This document shows, piece by piece, positions 22,957 to 38,000 of a stretch of 64,000 nucleotides of DNA (the first letter of the stretch is position 1; the number at the start of each line of letters is the position of its first letter). The notes under the pieces were generated by a model. It had not been told where the DNA came from. It did not search any database and saw nothing but the letters and a program-made list of their open reading frames with translations. This DNA is from the human T2T-CHM13v2.0 reference genome, Homo sapiens: NCBI RefSeq assembly GCF_009914755.1, contig NC_060938.1; one strand, 5' to 3'. A program made the position numbers and the translations under genes.

Positions 22957-22963
22957 TGAGTCA
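22957..22963. promoter_or_regulatory. AP-1 consensus site (~-520)
   Basis: TGAGTCA exact match. Confidence 0.45.
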
Positions 22964-23817
22964 TTATCTTATTTAAGAAAATGCAAAATGAGTTGTAGGT
23001 GGAAAACTTGTAAACTATTTGAGTACCATCCCAGCATTTCTTTAAAGCTTCTTGCAGAAACTTGAATACAGGTTTCTTTTTAGTTTTACCCAAGCTTCTA
23101 ATGAAAAAAAAAAAAAAAATCCAAGTTCCTCCAGACAGGGAAGGAGCTAGGCGACATTCTTTTAGCTTCATTTTGCAGATAAAATTAAAACTTTCCATTG
23201 AATAGCATTAAGAAGCCATAAGGCTGAGAAATTATTAATGAAAGCTCTTTAAATTTGGTGTTTCACCTGCTTCTGTTAGCATAACCCCTAAGAGACCTGA
23301 TACTTTAAGGAATCTTCCTTTTTGTTTGAAAAAAATTTTAATTAAATGTATGGGAAGTTAAGAGCCGACTGAATTGGTTCAAGGTGCCACATTGACCATT
23401 GTTCATTGGCTTGCCTCTCCCATGAGTCTTTAGGACAGGTATTTAGGCAGACAATGCTTTGGCAGAATGGCATGACCCCCACTTTATTCTACTTTTTCAT
23501 CCTGTGTTACCTAATAGATCACTGAGTTTTCTCAGTGATAGATACTGAGTTTTAGATACTGGGTAATAGATAGCTGAGTTTTCTATGTAGCCAGAGCTTA
23601 GGCATAAGCTAAGCAGTAGGTGCAAGCTTGTGGTTAGCGTATTGCGTATTTTTTCCATGTGGCTAAAACCTTCATGATCACAGAAATAATTTAAAAGCCT
23701 AGACAAGAGTCATTAATTTGTCGTCCTGTTAGCTGAATTCTGCATATTAATGCATTTTGTTTGGTTGGCAGGTTGCTTTTTTGCCTTTAAAAAAACAATA
23801 ATCAAAAAAGAATGCCT

Positions 23818-23935
23818 TTAGGTTCCGTGAGAGCAGGGATTCTTGTCCACTTTGTTCACTGCTACCTCCCCAACACCTAGAACCATGCTTGGCGCACAGT
23901 TGGCTCATTGAGGACGTCCTGAATGAATGAATGAA
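23818..23935 (+). mobile_element. L2 3' end
   Basis: GAGAGCAGGGA..TTGTTCACTGCT..CCTAGAACCATGCTTGGC..(TGAA)n terminus. Confidence 0.75.
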
Positions 23936-23946
23936 CAGGGCATGTA

Positions 23947-24041
23947 GAGGGCCTCTGCATTGCTCTACACTAGGGGGCACCATTCACATACAATATGATG
24001 TGAATGGGGGTGCCCTGGAATTGTAAAACGTGGTGGCCTTG
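23947..24041. mobile_element. MER91-like palindromic hAT MITE
   Basis: AGGGCC...GGGGGCACCATTCACAT..ATGTGAATGGGGGTGCCCTGG...GGCCTTG internal palindrome. Confidence 0.65.
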
Positions 24042-27000
24042 TGCAATGCCCTCTCTTGTGACACAACCCTCAGCATTCCCTACAAATTCTTTCATTTTTT
24101 TCATTAGTTTGGCTCCTAATGAGTTTTGAATTTGCATCTCATGGACGAAATTGTTAAAAGACTTCAAAGCTTAGAAAAATAATATAAACCACATAGAAAA
24201 ATTACACCTTCCCTATGACTAGCATACAATGTTAGCAAAATAATATTACTAATATATGCAATGTACATTTACTGCATGTATCTTCTCAAACTACTCAATG
24301 TCCTTATGGGAAAAAAGAAAGAACAAAGGCAGGGAGTTGATAGCACAGTATTTTAACTGGTGGAGATGTGAAAGCTATATTGCCATAGTTCCCACCAACA
24401 ATGGCAGAAGGAGGTGTAGACTCAGGAAATGCTGCTTCCACTCAATTGCCCAGGCCTTAGAATCTCTCCCCTTCTCAGACCTTCATTCTACCTTGATTGA
24501 ATTAAACCAGTGCTCCCCTGCAGTGGAGACTTCAGCAGCTTTAAACCAATTCTCTCTCACTTGCTTTTGCTCTGAAGGAGGAAAGTATGTTTGTAAATGG
24601 CAAGCTAAGGAGAGGGATTGATAGAAAATCAGAAAAACCTTTCTTTTAAATGTGAAGTTCAAAGCATATCCAGACTTTAAGTGGTTATAAGTTAGAATTA
24701 GGACTCTGTTGGGGGCTTTTGTTTCTTTTTATTTATTTATTTATTGAGGTTAGAAGTGTTTGAAGGGAATTTTTTTTTAAATAGGAGAACAAAAAGATAC
24801 ACAGCCAATCTGGTTATGTCATTTCTCAGATTTCTTCAATCATTTTTCTAAATGAACGATAAACACATCACAAAACTGAGGGCCATTCCTCTAGCAGATA
24901 GACAATCTGTCCATCCAAGAAATTACATTTCTCCAAAGCTATTTCTTTTTTTATGCATGGTGCACAATTGCTCATTCCAGTTATTAAGAATATTTACCAC
25001 ATTGATTTTCAAGTAATTTTATACTCATTAAGTAACAGAATAATCCTAAGGTGACAGAGTATGACTTTTCCCATCATATAGATGAGAGAAAGCAGATTAC
25101 CAAAATTAGGGAGTCCAAGCGGGTGTTGGGATATTTTCCCTAACTCTAAATAAGCCTCACTTTTTTTCTTTAATGTCTGTTATGGGTCCTGGTCATTACT
25201 ATGAGAACCAAAACCCTTGTTGAAAGTGGTTTGCTAGTAATTTAATCTTCAAAATGGCAAAGGCTGTGAGGACTTCACATCTGTTTAAGACTGTCCCGAC
25301 TCAGGCTCCTTGTTTAGATTTCATATGTTCTTTCAAAGGGCTTGGCTATCTTCTTGGTCATGTATGTGTTCTTAGCAATCAACATGTAATGAGTTAAATG
25401 CAAACCAACGAGGGGCATGTCGGTTGCATTTCCCCATACGATATTCCACACGGGTTTTAAATTCCAAAGAGAAGCAGCCTAGGGCAAAATGCTTTGGGCT
25501 TTTTATGAAAAAACCTTTGCAAAATTGTTTAACTTTTTTATATTCCCATAGTAAAAGAGCATCATGTCCTACTGTTGCCTCTTTCTGGTTGGAAAATAAC
25601 AAGCATATGAGTCACAAGACTTTCTTTAGTCCTCTTCTTGACTCTAAAATTGAGATTGAGAAAATAAAGTTGGATAATCTGAAAGCAGACTTGGAAATTT
25701 TAAGCACAACAGTTGCCATTACTATTTCCTTATTCTTATTTGAAAGAGCAGAAGAGCATCCAGACAGTTCTGTCATGTTAACAACTCATACCATGGACTT
25801 TCAAGCTGCCTTTGTTTCGTGGAATTTTATTCTTTCTAATTCCAGTGATTTGTCAAGTGCATAATTTAAAAAATGGCATTTCATTTTTACTTTCTTAAAA
25901 ACATGTCAAATAAACACATTATAAATCCAAAAATGTCTGGAAACAGCAGGCATGCTGATTTTGGATTTGAGAATATGGTTGCCATACATAACGCCTAAAA
26001 CAGCGCCGCTCTTATCAGAGCAAGGAATCACAAACTGTATAACCTACTGCCTCCAGTGACTCTGCCTGACAGGGAGTTATGACGAACGGCTTACACCACA
26101 ACTACTGAATCACTCAAAATTCCCTGTGGGCCCATCCATTCCACAAACACAGCCGTGTTCTCTGCCTTGTGATGAAAGGAGAAGCTCAATGGATAAAATA
26201 CACAATCCCAGAGTAAACTCTGACACACCTTGAGCAAAGCAACTTGGGGGCGGGAGGGCAGGCTGACGCCTTGGGAGGTATGAGCATTCTCTCCCAGCAG
26301 CCCTCTCCGTAGGTTCCTCTGCAGTGCTGGCAGACAGCACCCATCCGAGTTGTTAATGCATTCTTCCCTCAGGAACTGTTGCTTCTCTTTTTTTTCCAGG
26401 CTACCTACTGGTAAGACAGAGGGGGAGAAAAAGACAAAGGAAATAAAAAGGAGAGGGAAAGCAAAAATGAAGAGAAAAAGGGAGATAAAGATGGTAGGAG
26501 ATAGGCAGGGAAAGAAAAGATTCAATGAGTTGCCAGTGGAGGCCACCAACAAAGAGCCAGTTAATGCTAATTGTGGCGATGCTCTTTGTGAGGCAACAGC
26601 TGTCCGGTATCTGGATGAAAGCCACCACCGCATTTCACAGAGGCCACAGAACAGCTGTTAGGAGACAACAATATACTTCACTTAGGATTGGCCTAGTCTG
26701 GATCCACATTGATAGCCAATCCCCTCTCCCCACTGCCCAAACCTCTCCAGGTGCCTTGACTCTTATTTGGTTTTGAGAACAGTTTATCAGCCTCTAGAGA
26801 CACCCAGAGTTTGGGATGCTGTGGGAAGAGGGGTGGTAGGGGAATTGAGAAGAAGACTTTGTAAAGTTATACATGGTGAATTCATTCATGACCAAAAATA
26901 AATAAATAAATAAATAAAAAGCTGAAAATGAGGAAATTGAACTCACCCTTTCTTTTCTGAAACTGTGACTCAATCTCTTCTTTCTCCCTAAATACTTGAC

Positions 27001-28903
27001 CCAATGCAGTAGACCAAAAGAAACAAAGGAAAATGGTCAAAAAAAGTCATCATCTCTGGAACAACATTTCCTTTACTTTGTTTCATTCCTCGGCTCGTAG
27101 GAAACCACCGGATGATATTAAGTTTTAAAATAAAATAGGTCATTCTTTATAAATGGCTTTACAGCAGCTTTTTTAAAAAGTCACTTATCCATCACCTCCC
27201 TCATATGCTGAAAATGTGAACACCAAGCATGACAAAATATACTAAGAAACATGCTGACTCATGCCATTTCAGAGGTAATGGTGTAGTTTGTTCCCAATGA
27301 GAGCAAAGGATGCCACACCTCCTCCCTCAAGAATCAGTACACTAAGTAAGGCTCAAAGAAAATAAACTAGATATTCTATTCTAACCTCAGTGGAAATGAG
27401 GAAGCTAATAGAATGAACTGTAGCATGAAAAATTTCTGTTTGGTAAGAGGATAAAATACCTGCAATGAGGATGATTGTATAATGAGTGTGTTACCAAGGG
27501 AGGTTATGAAAATGTTATCAGTGGACTCACAAGGTAGGGAAGAAGGCTAATAAAATAATCTCTCAAAACCTTTTTAAGCTCGTGGTACTCTTAAAATAAT
27601 GGTTCAGGATAAGTTACTACATAACATTACATAAACAACACAACAGAGCCACTGGTGGAACACAATAATTTATAAATTATTGTTCTGTTTCCATTTCAAT
27701 TTTGAAGACTAATTTTTTTGTCAGATTAAGTGAATCCTTATGCTTTTCTAAGAGGTGGTAGACAGGAAAGCATTAGGGTGTCTTCCAAGGACAAAATATA
27801 AGGCATGAAATTTGAATCTATTTTTACATCCAGTCTCATTTATTAGATGGACACTGGGAGTCTTTTATCAAGATGTGACCACTTAGCTAAATGATTATTT
27901 TCAAAACAGATGTACAAACAAATTTCTAAATAGTCATGCTTTACTATGTCAGGGGAATTTTCTGTCATGTTTTAAAGATTCTATGTCTGCCTTCCCAAAA
28001 TAAAACCAAGACATTTTATGATTTTTGTATCAGTAATAAGCTAAATGATACACAAATCTAAGACCTCAAACTCCTCAAAGCAAAAATCTCTATTGCTTTC
28101 TGATAAATGTTAAATAATACCAACTCACTCAGCAGTTTGGCATTTGCCTTTTATCAAGAGATGTCACGTTCTGGTGGACTTCAATCATAAGTCACAGAAT
28201 CTATTTCTGGGGCCATACAGGCCCATATGACCAGAAACAAATCTCTGATTTTATTTTTCTACCTGCAAAATGGAGGTTAAAATGTTTTCTCATATTTATG
28301 CCATGTTGATGGGTAATATATTCAAGTTTATAAGAAACTTAGCTGTATTCTAAAAATATTCAATATAAAAAAAATCTTGACAAGTTTTTTCAGACCTGCC
28401 TAAGTCAATAGATGCCTTCTAATAAGACCTTCTTTGTAAAAACAAACAAACAAACAAACAAAAACAAAGACACACACACACATAAACAAACAAACAAAAA
28501 AAAAACAGATCCTGGCAGGCAGGCCACATATTATTTTTAGTTTGAATTACCAACCCTTTCTACTTAACTTGATGGAAACTTTGGATGTAGTAGAAAATAG
28601 AAAAAATTATCTGTAACTAGGAACTTTATGGGTGGGTTCTTTGCCTAAAGAATAATAATTATCAACCTGAATCTTAAACTCAACCCTAAACTGAACCTGA
28701 TGCGGAGCCCTCGAGAGAGGTATGTTCCTTACCTCTAAATTACCACATAACATTCCCTTTATTTTCCAAGATTCAAGGGAGAATAGAAATAAAAGCTGGC
28801 CAAATATTCCTGACCCTGGAAAACAAATGCTCTCTAAGTTTCCTGGACCAGAAAGTAGTAGAAAAACTTTTAAAAACATAGGAGAAAAATCAATGACATT
28901 TTA

Positions 28904-29250
<347 letters not shown>

Positions 29251-30215
29251 AAAATGCAATGTCTGCCAATACTTTGGGTACTACTTTGCATGCTCTTTAA
29301 GAGATCATTTAAATCATCCTACAAAGAAATGTTTCCCTACTGTCCTGGGACCTGAAAACTATGGATCTCAAAAGATTGTCTTTTTATACAACAGACTCTC
29401 TCTTCTAGGCATTAGAGGGTACCAGTGGTTGGAAAAGGCAAATGGTGAAGCAGAAAGGTGGAAGGTAGGGCTGGATTTAGAGGAATGGATGTCATAAGGA
29501 ATTTGAGGGCAGTGCAATAATAAATAGCATTTGATTGCCTTATTGCAATAGATGCTAAATATTAGAAAAGTAGAGTTCAATTAGTTCAATGACAGGATAT
29601 GAAATTGAAAGTCAGTAGGCAAAATATTTCCGTTTTCTATCTGTAGCCCCAGCATAAAGACATGGGATATGTGAGAAAAGGAATAGGAAAAAGCCAAAGA
29701 GACACCGGCTTACATTAGAAAATCTACTCAAAATCACTCAAAGGATTGACAACTGTAAGTCATTTTTTTTTTTTTTTTTTTGGTTGAGTTATCCATTCAC
29801 TTACAACAAACATTTGTCGAAAGCTACAAAGTTAGTCATTGCGCTGGGCATTGAAAATGATCCTGAGTCTCAAAAATGTTTAGAGACCAGTAGGAGGAGA
29901 CAGACATATAAACTAAAGAAGGCAACACGATGCTTCCTTACATGCTATAATACGTGCTATAATAGAACTGAATCGTACAGTAGAGTATAGAGAAAGAATT
30001 ACCCAAATCTGTGTGAAGCCAGAGTCAATAAAGAGTTAATGAAGAAAATGCACAGGTCCAGCTAAATACAGTATTACAAAATGAAATTCATTCACGTGGT
30101 ATTTGATAATGGAACAAGTTTAAAACGATTGTTTTGTATACATCGTGTTTGTAACATTTTATTATAAATCACTATGAGAGGAACTTACGTGGTATTTTTT
30201 GACCTTAGAACATAA

Positions 30216-30500
<285 letters not shown>

Positions 30501-33115
30501 TGACAGTCCCTATCAGTATCAGCAAGGAACAGGGACCTGGGTACATCCTTTGTCTCCTTTTCAATTAACAGAAAGTTAGTGCATATAAGCTCAATGAGTC
30601 TTAGCATCTAGGTGTTACAGAGCATGGGAACTAGGAAGCAGTTCTTGGCAATGCTGTTCATTTATAGTTAAAGAATACATTAGTGGTGAAGATAGCAACA
30701 ACCAATTAAATTTTAGTTCTCCACAGCCACACTTATATAATTTAGAGCCATTCCTTTCATTTTGGGGTTGGCCAGGTACCTCACCAAGACATTTTCATAA
30801 AACATGCTGACATTCCAAATTAGTGACTAGATAATATTAGAGCCTTTGGAATTAATCTTAGTATGAATATTAGTGGTAATATAATAACTAATATTAATGC
30901 TGCTTGTTGGGGGGAATGGGCTTATAACTAAAAATGACTTTAATCTACATTTCCATTCTTCCAATTCTCCTCAGTCTAAACCTCAGGAAATTACTCTTGC
31001 TTCTTTATTTGTGGTGCTTCTTACCTCTGTCCTCTCATGACAAGTCACCTGAACAGTGCATAGGAGGCACGGCTAGAGACTTTGAGGATGTTTACTGGTA
31101 GTAGAATTGTATAGGCCATCTCAAGAAAGAGGTAGACATCAAGATTTCACGAATATAGGAAGTATTTATGAAATACAGAGTCTGTTGTATATGGGTAAAA
31201 TGAACATTCTTATTTCCATATTCAGAGTATAAGAAGTTCCTGCTGGGAAACAGTTAAATCCTGAGATTTTTTAAAAAAACTTTTTATCATGGAAAAATTT
31301 CAAACATATGCAAAAGTAGAATGATGTGTATAAGGAACTACTCAGCATAAGCTCCTAACCAATCTTGTGTCCATCTTTATAACCCCTACTCACTTCTTGC
31401 TTCCTATGTAATTTGAAGGATGTTCCAGTGAAGTTTTTGGTCTTCCCAGAACATCTACAATGGTATTATTGTCTACAGAAAGCATCATATAAATTACCTA
31501 GCTAATTGATTTTTTTCTCTTATATCTACCTTTTTGCTCTCTCTTTGACAATCATCTGTCAAGCTACTAAGAAATACATGGGAAATAGAAATTTTTCTCC
31601 ATCATTTCTAAGCTAGAAACCAATGTTTTGTCTGAGTACCTACATGCTACAGTGATAGGTGTTTTTAAAAAGGTAGAGACAGATAAAAACACCATAACAT
31701 TTTCATAAATTATTGAACCACAGTCATTTTCTTTTTTTCACATTCATTTTTAATGGTATGCAGTACACATGCTGACTCAGAGTAAGATTGCTTTCTAAAT
31801 TATGAGGTGGTCTCAGTTTATTCATTTACATCTATCCCAAAATGCAATGTACTACAAGGTATGACAAGAAATTGCCATCCAGGTCATAAGAATCTGACAA
31901 CTGTGATAAAACAGAAGCAGATGATAAGAATTCATGGAAGTAATCAATACCAAACTAATGTGTTTCTTAATGAGAAGTTTCTCATAATGAAACTTCATTC
32001 ATACAAAAAACAAGCAATTTACCATAAAAACAAATACTGTATGACTATAAACTTCTTAGTGCAACTCATAATAGGTCTGTGCACCTTACTCTCTAAAGTC
32101 ATTCCCCTTCCTGAGTCATTGACCTTGTCCTACAAGTAATAATCTCTTTCATCAGTGATCTGTCATCTTCTCAACTATTTACCATTCCAGAACAATCCCA
32201 AGCCCAGAAAGTGATGAATGGATGTTTTGGAGGTTTTTATGGAAAATGTAATACCCTTCCCCATATCACCGATTACTGAGAGAGGAGGAAGGTGGGAGGG
32301 GAGAAGTGTGTGCAACTATTTGATTCTCTGCACTCTCTCCAACAGAGGTATAAAATTTTACCTGATGCTCTACAAGGATAGCACACTTGCATATATGCAT
32401 GTACATTAAATTTTGTAGGTGTGCTTTGCTATATTGAAAAAAATATTCAAATAATAAATCTCAATACATGCAAATGACTTTCTTTTCCTACAATACATAA
32501 AAATGCCAGGGCAATCTGCTTTCTATGATCAGACACCAAAGAGCTAAACATTGAGTGATAGCCAACGTTATGAGACACATAAAAATGAAATAAAAATGAG
32601 TAAGAACATAAACATTTAAAGAGATAAACACTGTCAAACAGAAATGATTACAAAGTTTGTAACAATCTGCATTTTTCATTGTTTTCTATCTACCTAGCCT
32701 TCCCCACTAAGAATTTATTTTGCTTATTTTCCTTCTTTTAATAATGTTGGTTCCCATAATCATTGACATTAGAGGACAGGAAGCAAGACTCAGTTTATAT
32801 TTATTGGGAGAAATATAAGTAACTTGAAAATGCAAAAAATTTCCTATATTCTTGAATGTTTTAGTTAGCAACTTTCATTTAATAGCTCTGAAAAACTGAA
32901 CCTCTTCACAGGGATACTGTTTGTTTATCTTGTGCCATATGAACTACCACATTCAACCTTTTCTTAACCTACAAAAACAGCAATTTCATATGGTTTAATT
33001 ATTTGCTAATTTTAAATAGCAAAAGGTCTACAGATTGCCATTCTACTTGAACTATATATGGTTATTTATTGGTGAAATGTACAGAGGAAAAATGGAAGTA
33101 TTATTTCTTTGTTTC

Positions 33116-33402
33116 TTTTTTTTTTTTTTTGAGACAGGGTCTTGCTTCATTGCCCAGGCTTCAGTGCAGTGCAGTGGCACAATCATAGCTCATTGCAGCC
33201 TCAAACTCCGGACTCAAGCAATCCTCCTGCCTCAGCCTCCTGAGTAGCTAGGATTACTGAAGCATACCACCATGCCTAGCAAATTATTTTATTTTTTGTA
33301 GAGATGGGGTCTTGCTGGTCTCAAACTCCTGGGCTCAAGAGATCTTCCCACCTCTGCCTCCCAAGGTCAAGGGATTATAGGCATAATCCATCATGCCCAG
33401 CC
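33116..33402 (-). mobile_element. AluJ
   Basis: GAGACAGGGTCTTGC...ATCATAGCTCATTGCAGCCTCAAACTCC AluJ diagnostics; TSD tggaagtattatttc / tggaaatactgtttc. Confidence 0.9.
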
Positions 33403-34354
33403 TGGAAATACTGTTTCTATTGGTACGTGCTTGACATTGCTATTTGAAATTTTATTTTTTTAATTGTATCATACTAATGGTGAAAAACCCATTAATAATA
33501 TTTTCAGTCTCACCCATCAATGACTGTGTTATTGGCTTAACATATAGCCCCTGGATGAAGTTACATACCTTGTCAATTAGTATGTCAAGCACAATAGTGC
33601 GTTCTTTAAAATGACTACACTTAAAATACATGTTAGAACATAGCATGTTAAAACTCAGTAAAACTTTGGGCTGGAAAAGGTTTTGTAGGCAATATGTTGT
33701 GTTGCTATTAACAAATGTGAAGGAATTATACTACAATAGTAATGAGAAGAAAGGGGTAATTTAAAGTTTTAGAGGTAGAAAGGCAATCTTAACCAGGGAT
33801 GGACTCAACAAAAGTTATGTTAGGTACAGCATTCAAGTCAGCAGGAAAGGACTTCTGTTACAATATAAAAGTTTGAGCTTTTACTTATATTCATAAAAAG
33901 TTGAAAAAGTGAATTATACAATTTTAGAGTAGAATGTAATTTCTTCTCTGAGGGAACAGCATATCTCTGCTACTCCTAAGGCTATCATTCTTAAGGGAAT
34001 CTTTTGTAAGACTTGGTTTCAAAGTTGCCTACTCAATTTGGGAGTTGGCTTAGTCTGCCCATGTTGTAGACAAAGTTAAATAAAATCCACAAAGCAGATG
34101 AAACACATTCTTTAGACACCAAGTCAGTACTTTAATCACTTTTGTGACCAACCTTGATTAAATGTATCAAAACAAAGTAACAGTAAGGAAATACCGATTA
34201 TATCACAGGCCACCAAGCAAGTACCCAATTATCTTCTCACATAATCCTGCTTTTATAAGAATGATAATATCAACACAAACTGCACCAACAAGTAAGGATT
34301 GCTGACTCTCATTGAGAACTTATTATATACCTGCCCCTCTTCTAAATATTTCAG

Positions 34355-34474
34355 TAGCATTAAATCATGTAATCTTCATAACAATCTTATGGCCTAACTA
34401 CCACTATTAGATTCATTTTGTAAATGAGAAAACCAATACTCGGGGAAGGGTGAAGCAAATTGCCAAAGGTCACA
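34355..34474 (-). mobile_element. MIR fragment
   Basis: AATCTTCATAACAATC...CATTTTGTAAATGAGAAAAC...TTGCCAAAGGTCACA. Confidence 0.65.
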
Positions 34475-34541
34475 ATCTTTGAATTACAGAATTCTTATGC
34501 TGGAAGTACCATGAAGCAATCAACTAGTTTGTTTCGCAATT

Positions 34542-34749
34542 TGTATGATAGGCTAAAAAATTCCACCACCTCCAACCAACAGATACTAAATCCTAATCTC
34601 TGGAACCTGTAAATGTTGTCTTATTTGGAAAAAGACTCTTTGCAGATGTGATTATGTTAAGGATCTTGAGATAGGAAAGTTATCCTAGATTATCTGAAGG
34701 TCCTTAAATGCCACCTCATGTGTCTTTATAAAATGGAGGTAGAGAGATA

Positions 34750-34801
<52 letters not shown>

Positions 34802-34969
34802 GACAACAATGAGAAGATGGAACACAATGAGACTTGAAAAGCAATTTTGGCCCACTGACACTGATTCCAGACTTCTGGCCTCCAAAACTGTGATTGAATA
34901 CATTTTCATTGGTTTTTAAGCCAACCAATTTTTGATAATCTGTTATAGCAGCCACAGGAAACTCATACA
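34542..34969 (+). mobile_element. MLT1 (C/D-like) solo LTR containing (CA)n at 34752-34800
   Basis: GGAACCTGTAAATGTT..CTTTGCAGATGTGATTA..AAGGATCTTGAGAT; ends GGAAACTCATACA. Confidence 0.8.
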
Positions 34970-35074
34970 GGCTGCAATTTGAAGAATATTTAAACTGTTG
35001 AACACAAGCTAAATGTTCCTGTTTTGTAAAAACTAAAGAGGAGAGTTTAGATTTCTTCCTTCAGCAATGTACTA

Positions 35075-38000
35075 TGTATTACTCAGGGTTCCCTAGAGGG
35101 ACAGAACTAATAGGATAGATATATATAAAGGGGAGTTTATTAAGTATTAACTTACATGATCACAAGGTCCCACAATAGGCTGTCTGCAAGCTTGAGGAGA
35201 AAAGAGAGCCAGTCTGAGTCTCAAAACTGAAGAACTTGGAGTCCGATGTTTGAGGGCAGGAAGCATGCAGCACAGGAGAAAGATGTAGTCTGGGAGGCTA
35301 GGCCAGTCTTACCTTTTCATGTTTTTCTTCCTGCTTTATATTCACTGGCAGCTGATTATATGGTGCCCACCAGATTAAGGGTGGTTCTGCCTTCCCCAGC
35401 CCACTGACTCAAATGTTAATCTCTTTTGGTAGCACCCTCACAGGCACACCCAGGAACAATACTTTGCATCCTTCAATCCAATCAGGTTGACACTCAGTAT
35501 CTACCATCACAAATCCACCCCTTGCCAACTTGAACCCATATACATCTCCTGAGATCACACATAGTCTTCAAATAAAGACAATAATAAGGTCATAATTACA
35601 CCTAACATAATACAACTCTCCTTCCTACAACCAGACACACACCAATCCCAAACCAAATACTATTACATGAAGTTAACAATACTTAAATGCTGATATGAGG
35701 TCAATAAATCTTATGCTCCATGATAAAGGAAAAGGAAATAAAATGAAGATATTATCTTAGTACAAGTATATACACGCACAAACGTTTTTAACAAAAGGAA
35801 GAAATACTCATGACATTTACAATCCTCGTTTCTGCAGCTGTTCACATGGTCATAGCTGGTATTGATGATTACCTTCTTCTACTGCCCATTCTGTATTTCT
35901 TTTGCCTTCAGCAAACACCTCAGCAGGTCGTGGGTTTTTTTTCCTGGTGAAGTGACTCAAACCTTCATTCCTGAGGGGTCTGGACCATTTGTAGTCCTGC
36001 CTGGATTGGGCTGTTATAGTTTCCCATTGACCTTAATTGCAGGGCATGGTAATACTAAGAGACACCTTAATGGTGCAGTAGACTGATTTCATCTTGATGA
36101 AATCACTCCAGCCAACACTGTAACTCCCTTCTTAGCCTGTTGACTTAAAGGTAGGAGGAGCCCAAAGTGTCCAGGTGGCAATCTTAACTTCCAGTTTAAT
36201 GGAATCATTGTTGTGTCTCCTGATGGCAGCATTCCTCCCTCTGGAATTAAGACCTCTAAATCAGCAGAATGTAATGTCACGGGAACAGGAAGCAAAAATT
36301 TCGCTAGTGGATCACTAGGGGTGATGGTGAGTGGTGCCACTCCCACTTCCACCGCTTGATTCCTAGACCCATGAATCTCGGCCATGTGAGAAAGAGTACT
36401 ATATATTGGATGCTGATTCAGAGCATACACAGCCTTCTGGAGAACTTTGCCACAGTCCTGCAAAGTATTGTCACCTAGTTGGTATCGTAATTGTGACTTC
36501 AAAAGGCCGTTCCACCATTCTATCAATCCAGCTGCTTCAGGATGATAGAGAACATGGTAAGACCAGTGAATTCCATGAGCGTGAGCCCACTGCCACACTT
36601 ATTTAGCCATAAAGTGAGTGCCTTGGTCAGGGGCAATGCTGTGTGGAATATCATGATGGTGGAAAAGGCATTCCGTGAATCCACAGATGGTAGTCTTGGC
36701 GGAAGCATTGCATGCAGGATAGGCAAACTTGTATCTGGAGTAAATGTCTATTCCAGTGAGGACAAACCTGTGCCCTTCCCATGATGGAAGAGGTCCAATA
36801 TAATACCTGCCACCAGGTAGCTGGCTGATCACCCCAAGGAATGGTGCCATACCAAGAACTCAGTGTTGGTCTCTGCTGCTGGTAAATTGGGCACTCAGCA
36901 ATGGCTATAGCCAGGTCAGCCTTGGTGAGTGGAAGTCCATGTTGCTGAGTTTATGCATAACCTCCAACCCTGCCACCATGGCCACTTTGTTCATGGGCCC
37001 ATTGGGCAATGACAGGGGTGGCCGGGGAAAGAGGCTGTGTGGTGTCCACAGAATGGGTCATCCTATCCACTTGATTATTAAAATCCTCCTCTGCTGAGGT
37101 CACCCATTGGTCAGCACTCACATGGGGTACAAATATCTTCACAGTTTTTGACCAGAGAGATCCATCCACATACGTCTTCCCCACATTTCTTTGTCACCAA
37201 TTTTCCAATCATCCTTCTTCCAAGTCCTTGACCATCCAGCCAAATGATTGGCTACAGCCTATGAATCAGTATGTAATCACACATCTGGCCATTTCTCCTT
37301 CCATGAAAAGTGCACAACCAGGTACACTGCTCAAAGTTCTACCTACTGGGAAGATTTCCTTCCACTGCTGTCCCCCAGTGATGTCCTAGAAAGGGGCTGC
37401 AGTGCTGTAGCTGTCCACTCTCAGGTGGTGCCTGCATATCATGCACAACCATCTGTGAACCAGGCCCTAGTCTTCTCTCCCTCCGTTAACTGATCATAGG
37501 GAACTGCCCATGATGCCATTGGTGTAGGCTGGGGAAGAGAAGGCAGGGTGGCAGGAGTGGAGACCATGGGCATTTGAGCCACTTTCTCACGTAACTTACT
37601 TATGCCTTCAGGACCTGCTCGAGCTCAATCATGTATATACCACTTCCATTTGATGATACAATGCTGCTGTGCCTGAACCACTTTATGGCTAGATGGGTCA
37701 GAAAGCATCCAGTTCATGATAGGCAATTCAGGTTGCATGGTGACTTGATGACCCATAGTCAAACATTCAGTTTCCACCAAGGCCCAGGAACAGGCAAAGA
37801 GCTGTCTCTCAAAAGGAGAGTAGTTATCTGCAGAAGATGGCAGGGCCATGCTCCAAAATCCTACAGGCCTCTGCTGTGATTCACCTATGAGGGCCTGCCA
37901 AAGGCTCCAAACAGCATCTCTATCTGCCACTAACACCTCAAGCATGATTGGATCTGTTGGGTCATATGGCCCAAGTGGAAGAGCAGCTTGCACAGCAGCC

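Noticed and set aside
26091-26776. Cluster of overlapping 75-180-aa ORFs
   Set aside because: Driven by a purine/pyrimidine-biased tract; no homology or coherent coding exon structure.
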